A stretch of 20,000 nt of DNA from Trichoplax sp. H2 (taxonomy: Eukaryota), in contig NOWV01000199.1 of the NCBI GenBank assembly GCA_003344405.1, positions 116,341 to 136,340 of the forward strand. Reading direction: 5' to 3'. Below, piece by piece: positions 10,869 to 20,000 of this stretch (position 1 is the stretch's first letter; each line of letters starts with the position of its first letter). The notes beneath the pieces were generated by a model. It made no database searches. It saw only the letters and a list, made by a program, of their open reading frames with translations, and was not told the origin of the DNA. The translations under genes were made by a program, and so were the position numbers.

Positions 10869-13800
10869 ATGGCGTCCACTTTAATCGATTACTGGAAACA
10901 ATTTGACTTTAACCACTTTCAGGTTGTAGACATAGGCAATGATTGACTGTATTCTCCTATTTTCTCTTGTTCACTTGACTTTTTAAGGTAGAAATACGCC
11001 ATGGAGAGTAGAGAAGACAATTGGTAGACTCTAGTTGGCACACAACACCACCGTACTGTACTGTACATGGATTGCTTTCATGATGATCAACTTTAGTGCA
11101 GTATGGCAATGTTGTACATGACTCTAAATATCAATCTACGCGATAGAAATCGATGCGCTATGATAGTTACTACAGCTAAACGTAAACATCGACTAAGAAC
11201 TACAATCCATTTGAACAATTTTAGTGCTAAACGAAGTTGAAATAAGTGAAACAGATTTTGTCATTGCCTTGACGTTCAATGGTTAACAACGTCTGTACGT
11301 TAGCTAGTTGGTGCCTTATTATAATTCTAGCATCATCAAAAAGAGGATCCAGTGATCCTTCATTGCTTGCTGAATCAATTATGCAATAAATTTCATACAG
11401 TTTGTCCTATTGCTCACGTCACCTTCAACTTATCAACACCAATCGATCATTTCCTTATATAGAAAGAATTAGAATCGACTGCACACGAGCTTGCTTCCAA
11501 CCAAGATACTTCCGATGCATCTCGTAAAAAGTTAGTTGAACAAACCAAACAATTCAAGAAAGGAGCTACCGATGTAAGTTATTACCTACTACATTGTAGC
11601 CATATAAATAGAGAAGTAGACACTTTGACTACAATTTTACCCTTAAAAGATACTCAAATAAATCCATCAATAACAACGATTGCTACCAGACCAGATCAGG
11701 CTATGAGTCATCACCATGACTCGCACTGGATACTTTTTTAGAATGCTATTAACATCAACAATTAAATTAGACATACGAGTAATCACGAGGCAAATAGTGC
11801 CATTGAGTTCATTTATTGGCGTACGCTTCCTACAGTCTTGCCAATAATTCCATTCCTTCTAGGCCTACTTTAATGGATGTGAAAGTAGTTACAATAGAAG
11901 CCTTGAATTGAATATCAACTCAATGTTAATATATGTCTTTACCAATACATAATATGATAAATTGTTAAAGACTGTTCAATATTTGCGATTCAATTGAGTG
12001 ATATTCCCCAGATGTATAGGTATCTACTCATACGAAAATAAAACCAATTGACAATAACAGTACAGATAATGAAAGGCTGTTTTATCATACTACAGTATAT
12101 ATGTACAGTAGTACGCAGTATGCAATCAATCAACACTACATAGAAATAGTACTTGCCAACAAAAATCCATTTACAAATCATAGATAGCAGCCAGTGTGAT
12201 ATTTGCCTGTAATGAGCCAATCCTCCTTCTTGAATAAAAATGAATTAAACTTGATACTACTGTACTTACTAGAAGAGGTTCTAGACATTTCCCATTGATA
12301 TACAGCCAATTTCTATTCCTCATCAACTGGATTAACAGTAAATATTATTTCTTAAACAGGATATTCGAAAACAAACCGCACCATTGTTAAAAAACTTTCA
12401 AAATGAGGTAAATAAAGCTATAGATAACGGTATAACTAACAAAATTATCTTGGTATTTGCTGCAATGGCCTATGTTAACAAATCCTACATTTCTTAACAA
12501 AGGAATAATCGATAAGATCTATTCAATACAAACAACAATCAAAATTAACTTTTACCCCGTAGATTGATGCCCTCCGAACGCGTTGTAAAGCTGCTGAAAC
12601 CGCCTTCTTAAAGGTCTTTCAAAAACTTGCAGATGCCAACGGTAATATCTCGTCACGTAATCATCGTAAAAGAAATGCATTAGTAACAGTTACGCATGTA
12701 CTCACGTCTGTAATGAAAGAGATTTAATGTCTTAGCTATGGTTGATAAATTAGTAATCAAGTTGCATAGAGTACTGCTAGACAACCGTCGCCTGATGATA
12801 ACATGAAGATTATGGTGATTCTTTTAATCATTCAGAGTTCTAAAGTATAATTTACATATGGTGTTAGTATTGTTATGACTACGTCACGATCTCATACTAC
12901 ACTTCGGCTGTAGCATTATATACTTATTACTGATGGCAAATACTAATGTTAACCATTATAGAGGACATTTCTTTCATATTTCTTCAAGTGACTGATAGCC
13001 TTTATCTTGTTTTAAAATCAAAGGGTAGATAAATCATTGACCACATGGATATTTTGTAAATAAACACATGTTTTGAATGTTGTAGATCCAGCTCCAGCGT
13101 TGTCACAACTTCTTAAGTTACAGCAGAAATTGCAAGATCTCCAGGTTCGAGTTATTACTTTTTGTGCTAATATAGAGCAAACATTTCACATTATATTACC
13201 ATAAATATTACATCCACATAGATGTAACATGTACATTTTCACGCAAATAAAAAGTCATATTTTGCTACAATAGTTTAAATTATTTTATTTTAATACAACT
13301 AAAGGATTACGAAATTGAAAATGCGAAATTAAGAGAAACAATCAATGACTATAAGAACGAATTTTTAGAAGTCAAAAATCAAGGTTGCTAAGATATCAAA
13401 ATTTCATAATGAACCTGATCGACTACCGGATACATTTATAACGAGTCATAATTTCTTACTATTGTGTTTTATTGATCTTTAGAGGTGACAATAAAAAGTC
13501 TAAATGAAAAAATAAAGGAGTATGAAGAGCGCATGGAAAATACTATCCAGGTATTTCAAATTGTATTTTAGCTTTACCTTCTTCTTCTTCTCTAAAATAA
13601 AGCTACTGAAAGTTTATTAAATCTATAATAACATGATGCTGTATTTTTATTGCTTTAGGCTAAAACCAAAGAAACCCAGAAGTTAATGAGGAAAGAATTT
13701 GCAGAAAAAGAAAGGTAATTTAGGATATGAATATTATTAAGATAAAAATTTAACGATAGATATAATCAAGTGTATGGATAAACGACACCAACGTATACAG

Positions 13801-16800
13801 CTAATGCCGAATATAAATTAATGGATACAGCCAGCTACAGGAAAAGCAGGTTAGCATGGCTACGAAACTTGGTGATGCTGAGCAACAAGCTGCAACAATG
13901 AGAAAAGGTGTCGCTCGATTTTAAACAATTGCTTTTCTAACGTTTTGATAAAAAATATAATTGAATAAATGAATGGAACTTCCCTAAAACCAATTTGTTC
14001 AATATCTATCGTATAGCTATGGAGAATGCGCAAACGGAACTTTTTGAACTAAAATTAAAGTTTGACGAGGAGAAAGTTGCCAAGTAGGCGTAATTTTTGG
14101 CATAATTTGTTAACACTTCCTTATTACTTCGTACCAATGTAAATTAATATACAAATATCAATTACACAGAGCGGCTGAAATGGAGATGTTGGTTACTGAC
14201 TTAGAACGAGCAGCAAATGTAAGTTTAAGACATTTTCTTAATTAGCTATTAAGTTGACGTAGGACAATTATCTGTTTTACTCTTATTTAGCAATCGCAAC
14301 AACATGAAAGAGAGTTGAATGACCTTAAAGGAAAGTTACTAATGGCCGAATCTCAGGTAACCCTGATGATAAGCAGTTACAAAAATATCAATTATGACTG
14401 ATAGTGACTTTGATGTTACAGCTTGCAAATCAGCCCATGTCACCGTCAACTAAAGTAAGTTATTATCTAGTACTACTATACTTTTTGGAGTGCTATTGTA
14501 AGTATTTATGGCATATCTTTTATGCAACTTTGTATTTAGCAAACCTTCGAAATTGCACGTAATACAAATTTGGAATTAGAACTAACATCTAAAGAGCACG
14601 AGGTAAACATGATTGCATTACAACATTGATTTTATTCTCGTTATGCAATATTTGCTTCTAAGCTCTATTGATCCTGTATAGATTAACCAGTTGGTAGAAG
14701 AAATACATAAGTTACAATCTGCAATAACGAAAACGAAAGAATCACACGTTCAAAAGGTATTAAATTTCAAAAAATGATGATTTATCATTTTTATGACTTT
14801 GCAATTAAAAATTTTGACACTTTTGCTATCATTTTGATTGTTACCTTAGTTAAATCTTGTTGAAACTGAATTAGAAGAAAAAGCCGACATCATTCATGAA
14901 TTGGTTAGTTATACTAGTACAAAATATATAATGATTATTTAATAGCAAGCGTTAACTATTTTAACTTGTATACGTATTAGTTTCCGATTCGAAAATATTA
15001 TAGATGACCGCTTACTCGCACACATTTATTTTTCAGAGGATGGAGCTAGCAGCTAAGCAAGACTATGATGACATAAAAAATGAGCTAAAGTCAGATTACT
15101 GTTTATCGCTTTAACCATAATTACGACTAGTATAAGTGTTGCAAATATTTTTAGCCGCATTAACAATTTGAAAACCTTATTTGAAAATCTTATTTAGTGT
15201 TATGAAAATGATCGAATTTCCTAGCAACTATAATGACACAGATAGTGCGGTAAACAACAATTTTATTAATTTGATTAGGAATGAGAACGTAGCGTATTAC
15301 AGTACAGTTGTAGATGATCTGAGTCGAATCGCATAGTATTTTAGTCTGTGACTTAGACAGAAGCAATTCTATTCTGCTCGCCGGCTGTACTCGCTGTATT
15401 AGTGCAGACGTTTTATCTCAGGATATTGTATTTAAAGCAGTTTATGTAATTTCCCATTGCACGAATTTTTAAATCACTTCATATTATTATCCTAGGATTC
15501 ACAAAAGCCAAAGACCATAGAAATACTTTTGATAGAGAAAAATAAAGGTAATTCTCGCCCCTTTAATCGATCATATTAAATATACGGTATTGGGCTATAA
15601 TATATTAGTGTACTGATGTAATATTTACACGACAGCTCTTCAGAGCGAGAATACCTCCTTGAAGCTACTCACTACAAATCAAAAGAGTAAGATTCCTTAG
15701 TTAATATGTGCAGATTATTTAGATACTACCGAAGTAACTGTCCAACTCGTCACATAGATTTATGTTTGGGTTTTAATTTTTATTCTAATTTAAAGGTCAA
15801 TTAAACGAATTAAACGAAAGATATAGCGCTGCTCAGCAGAGATTACAAGAAAAAGAGGATCTCATTAACCAACTCGAAAAAGACTTGGCTAGTATTAATA
15901 CTGTATCTCCAGTACAAAGAGGAGAAAGAGATGTAAGTATATTACCGAAAAAAAGTGTTTAGTATTTACTTTAATTTTAAAGATAGCATTACTTTAAGTG
16001 TGAACTTAACTTTGGACTGCAGGATGCTGTAAACTTGATTGCTACCGAGTCACTTGTAGGCAGCGTCGACATTCCGAATCAAGGTAATTCATTTTTTCTT
16101 AAAAACATTTTCGATACCAGAATAGGTTATGAATCGCTATCGTGACAAATATATGTAATATATTTTTAGCATCGAAAAATTCATCTGACAATACTGCAAA
16201 TTCGACGGAATCACTACTCCATATAGTTACAAGCCAACGCGAACGACTTAAGTCTCGAGTAGTGGAAGTAGAAACAGTCAGTACATTAATATTTTTTTAT
16301 TGTTTTCCATGACAAACGTATCCAGTTGCGGAGCTTACAGTACACTAAAATATTTAATATTTAAACAATGTCAGGAAAAGAGACACTTGCAACATTCTCT
16401 CAATGTACTGCAAGGTGAAGTAGACGGCATGCGATCGGATAACGTGAAATTATATGAAAAAATTAAGTTCTTAGAAAACTACCCAACTAAGGCAAGTAAT
16501 ACTGAAGTGAAGTGTACTGCACTAATATTTCTAACAATATTACGATATTCAGTTGTGTCTCTTGCTTAATTAGTATGGTAGAAGTCCTAAATATTCTTAA
16601 TTTTAGCAGCAGCACTGATTTACAATTAGATATCAAATATCTTGATTAGACACTAACCCAAGAAGATGATACCGTAAATCGATATTCTAAACAATACGAA
16701 GATAGCATTAATCCATTTTCTACTTTTAACAAGAAGGTATAAAGAAACAATTCCTAAATTCTCTTTGATTTAATTTTATTTCATTTGGCGTACTTAGACT

Positions 16801-17398
16801 ACAATTATTGGTTGTATCGATCTTCACATCGATTTATGTAATGGAAGGGATTTAATTATTATTCACTATAGGAAAAGCAAAAACGATATTTAAATCTCAG
16901 TCCTTCAGAAAAAGCAACTCTCAATCTGGTATTTTGATATTTCTTAATAATGACTCCCTTAATCGAACATGACTAGTAATGTTAGCGTTGTCTTAATATA
17001 ATCGTATATTATATCATGTCATACGAAGGGTCGGTTCATTATGTCCAGTAAAACTGCTAGAGTGGTGGCATTCTTTTATACCATTGTATTACATATGCTT
17101 GTGTTTATGGTAAGTCGAGGTATAGTAATGGAATATATTTTCATGTAACTATTAATTTTTCTACTACTTTCATTCTCAGGTGCTTTTTAAGCTTGCGTAT
17201 ACAGAATCTTGCAAGCATGATTTCGCTGTTGATTGCGTTCAAAAGTATGTAACAATGACGAACTAGTATTTGACGGTGTAACAGTTATAGGCAGTTTTCC
17301 GCGTTGATGATGCTAAAGGTCAATGTTGTATCCTACCATCTAGATTTGCTGAGCATATGCAGAAATTTCATACTAAGGGATCTAGCAGAGCAACGTGA
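10869..17398 (+). CDS. CASP: Protein CASP (CUX1/CUTL1 alternatively spliced product orthologue; Golgi coiled-coil golgin with a C-terminal TM anchor, yeast Coy1 family), 29 coding exons, 670 aa
   Basis: Exons 10869-10922, 11463-11573, 12360-12407, 12563-12641, 13086-13144, 13305-13383, 13483-13550, 13659-13714, 13831-13907, 14017-14083, 14170-14218, 14291-14356, 14422-14454, 14540-14602, 14682-14756, 14850-14903, 15037-15089, 15198-15249, 15496-15547, 15636-15686, 15796-15932, 16023-16083, 16170-16276, 16375-16491, 16650-16736, 16872-16928, 17029-17109, 17180-17244, 17344-17398 (2013 nt, in frame). The N-terminus MASTLIDYWKQFDFNHFQKELESTAHELASNQDTSDASRKKLVEQTKQFKK...APLLKNFQNEIDAL matches the CUX1/CASP N-terminus. 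The C-terminus SLLHIVTSQRERL...RSDNVKLYEKIKFL...YSKQYEDSINPFSTF...SKTARVVAFFYTIVLHMLVFMVLFKLA...KFAEHMQKFH matches the CASP C-terminal domain, including the Tyr and His in the TM helix. Confidence 0.96.
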
Positions 17399-17474
17399 CG
17401 TATAACTAACCGAAAATTTGTACCATAATTATAAATATAAGCCACACCTAACATGTTGATTTAAAATTACGAAT

Positions 17475-17480
17475 AATAAA
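17475..17480 (+). terminator. Candidate polyadenylation signal (AATAAA) for CASP
   Basis: AATAAA about 77 nt after the TGA; a second copy lies at 17557-17562. Common in AT-rich DNA, so weak evidence. Confidence 0.35.
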
Positions 17481-18189
17481 AGTGAAATTATTTAATGGTC
17501 TTAATCTTGATGAGTGTTTACTATCATATGAAATCTGTGTAGCAATGCTATAAGTAAATAAATCGATTCGGTATTATACGTATTACCTGCTTGCAACTCT
17601 ATCTATCAACCGCAAGAATTAAGCCATTTTGTACAGGACAGGAATTGAAAAAAAATTAGCGTAAGATATTTCAAACGCTCAAATATTCATTAATCGTCAG
17701 TGGTTATGTTAATAAGCAAGTCCTTCAGTAAACAAATTTTTATTGACTTATGCGTACAAGTAAATTAAGCATAGACGTATTGTTAAATCTCTTTGAAGTC
17801 GTAAGTACAGAAAATTGTTCGTACTTAATTATGCTACATTTATCTGCACCTATAATGACAACATAATCATTATCCTATAGGGCTGGCATTGTTATCTGTT
17901 GTTTATTTGCGCTGCAAGATAGATCATAATTACGAATGGAATTTGCTGATATTATCAGTTATGCCTTTATACAGTACTACATAAAAGCTTTGATATTTCA
18001 CGTTGATTAAAATAGAAAATGATGTGAACCAGTTTTACGTAGGATCATAATAAATGTAGCTTTGCCATGATGAGTAATTATGCCAATAAGGCTGTATTGA
18101 TGAAGCCTTAAAGTGTATCTTAACGACTGTTCTAATTGAATTAACCAGAGATAGAACCAGCCATGTAAACTTGTGAGGAGGGGTAAGAC

Positions 18190-18625
18190 CTACTCATGCG
18201 TTGAGTCTAAGCAGCAGTTTCTCTTCACTCTCTAATAAAATCTTTCCTGATTTCGATATTTGATAAACTAAAATGGGAGCCCTACCTTCTGTCTCGCTCC
18301 ATATGTTAAAGATGTGTCTCTCAATTTCTCATGAGTGCTAGATTAACTTATCAGCAGGCTAGGGGCGGGCTCATTCCCTACCATGATACTCATCTGAACG
18401 GGCCTAAAAGTTTCCAATTACTAAGAAAAATACAGACCTCTATTATGCTACTAGCTCTCTAATAAAAGCTTTACCCATTTCCATATTTATTTGATGAACT
18501 AAAATGAGTGTCTGCTGTCTTTCTAGTCCTTATTGTCCATATCTCAAACATGGGTCACCGACTCATGCTGTAGACCAAATTAAGAAAAACAGATAGCTCA
18601 TTATCCTATTAACTCTCCAATAAAT
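18190..18625. repeat. Diverged local duplication (2-3 partial copies) between the CASP and Argonaute 3' ends
   Basis: ctctctaataaaatctttcctgatttcgatatttgataaactaaaatg (about 18228) vs ctctctaataaaagctttacccatttccatatttatttgatgaactaaaatg (about 18456); ccaattactaagaaaaatacagacctctattatgctactagctctctaataaa (about 18414) vs ccaaattaagaaaaacagatagctcattatcctattaactctccaataaa (about 18576). Confidence 0.7.
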
Positions 18626-19426
18626 GCTAATATTGTCTTTCAATCAGTTTCACTTTCTTTTCCTCGTGCCCGGTACTACGTGTGTATTGATTACTGCAAT
18701 GATTATTATGAATAGCAAATTCCAACTTTGTTAACAATCACTGCACCCTCTGCTACTGGAATAATCTACTGAAATGCTTGTGCAATTACCGAATGCATAT
18801 CGAGAATATTCTGATGAATCGAAGCCTATGCTATCAATTAATTTACAACAGTACAATACTGTCACTATGGAATACATACAACTTTATGGCTACGATGCAG
18901 TAAATTGTATGCTGTTTGTTCGACGCAATCTTGACTTCAATGCAACTTGTTAAACAGCACGAACAGATGAATTTGCAATGAAGGATAACTTTATTTTTAT
19001 TTTGATGACAATGTCAGACTTTGACTTTAGTCCCCAAAATCCGTTGCTGAAACTGAAAAGACAACAGGTTCAAAAAAAAAGCTATATTAATTAATATTAA
19101 CTTGGTATTAAACAACGTTGCATTTGACCAATACGAGAAACAACACTAAACCCAGAAAAGGACAGATTGATAAAGCTTGCAAGTAGTCATGTGGAAGCAT
19201 ACATTAAAACGTTAATATGCCATACGACAGTAATGATTAGAACTGCTATGGCGAGCGAAATAACCCTATTTGAAATTATAAAACTTGATAGAGCGGTATT
19301 ATGTCAATGAAATGGTGCAATCCTAATTTAAAGTGTTACCTTATAACCCAAAATAAATTAATCAATAGACATTACCGACATGATATGACTAAACATGAAA
19401 TTATTTCATGCACACATCGTAAACAT

Positions 19427-20000
19427 TTAAGCAAAAAATACAGCGCCACCAATATTTTTGGATAAGACTTGCTCTATCTTACGATTCATTTCTTGCGGTC
19501 TCATCTCTCCTCCAAGTTGAGCCATGTAAGAACGTGCTCGAAAAGCTAAATGATGAGAATAATAAACTGGAGCTGGAATAGAAACACTTCTAGTGCAACG
19601 ACAGTAGACATGACACAATTGATAGGTAAACTCTTGTAAGCTATCCGCTGATAACTTATTTTCATCCAGTAATACATGGTAGTGAGTAGGTCGACTTGTT
19701 CCTTGGATACCAAAGTGACTGCATAGATAGAAATCGAACTGGGAAGGATGGCAAACGCCTCGATCGACTACTAGGCCTGGTGGGACATTGCGAGCTTTCC
19801 CCACGGAATCTTTATTTTGAGATGGGAAAAAGCGTGTATGATGACGCTTTTGAACTACTAAAAAGGTAATAGCTGGTCGATAGCCTTCTTCTATGCTACG
19901 GCATGCTTTCTCGATCGCCGTTAATTCTTCGCGAATGACATCGTTAAATTGGCCTTCGCTAACTCCATCGCGATAAAAGATGATTCGCTCAGGCTTTCTA
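19427..20000 (-). CDS. AGO: Argonaute (AGO clade), C-terminal half of the PIWI domain; 5' part lies beyond the window
   Basis: Frame open from 19999 to the TAA at 19427 (190 aa): [59 protein letters not shown]...GNVPPG-like [11 protein letters not shown]...[69 protein letters not shown]...[20 protein letters not shown], GTSRPx[13 protein letters not shown] and the terminal FA are AGO-subfamily signatures, not PIWI-subfamily ones. The ORF-track start at 19804 is an internal GTG. Confidence 0.97.
   Translation of the reverse strand, partial: RKPERIIFYRDGVSEGQFNDVIREELTAIEKACRSIEEGYRPAITFLVVQKRHHTRFFPSQNKDSVGKARNVPPGLVVDRGVCHPSQFDFYLCSHFGIQGTSRPTHYHVLLDENKLSADSLQEFTYQLCHVYCRCTRSVSIPAPVYYSHHLAFRARSYMAQLGGEMRPQEMNRKIEQVLSKNIGGAVFFA

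Noticed and set aside
14357..14421. C/D-box snoRNA (TGATGA...CTGA) in CASP intron 12
   Set aside because: The intron is only 65 nt and the boxes are about 35 nt apart with no terminal stem.
16300..16569. 89-aa ORF as a separate gene
   Set aside because: It is CASP exon 24 (16375-16491) read through its flanking intron sequence.
19427..20000. Prokaryotic Argonaute defence system or PIWI-clade gene
   Set aside because: The motifs are eukaryotic AGO-clade and the neighbours are spliced housekeeping genes with no evident functional link.

Overview
AT-rich eukaryotic genomic DNA with many short (about 60-250 nt) spliceosomal introns. The architecture and protein similarities point to a compact early-branching animal genome, most likely a placozoan such as Trichoplax (inference, not checked by search). 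The ORF track misses nearly all real genes because they are split into micro-exons. Splicing by hand gives four loci. (1) An unidentified minus-strand gene or gene pair at about 1-4366 with a C2H2-like zinc finger, a PH-like segment and a Tyr-motif-rich tail; the model is partly unresolved. (2) A complete 8-exon RPA-interacting protein gene (RPAIN, minus, 5357-9188, 234 aa) whose 2.4-kb first intron holds a ~112-bp tandem repeat. (3) A complete 29-exon stand-alone CASP golgin gene (plus, 10869-17398, 670 aa), divergent from RPAIN, with one probable GC-AG intron and no CUT/homeodomain exons. (4) The 3' end of an AGO-clade Argonaute (minus, 19427 to beyond 20000). The RPAIN/CASP divergent promoter region is strongly enriched in the hexamer TACAGT/ACTGTA. 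I see no CRISPR array, transposase or prokaryote-type system. The most interesting signals are evolutionary and regulatory, and I cannot support a claim of a new multi-gene system.
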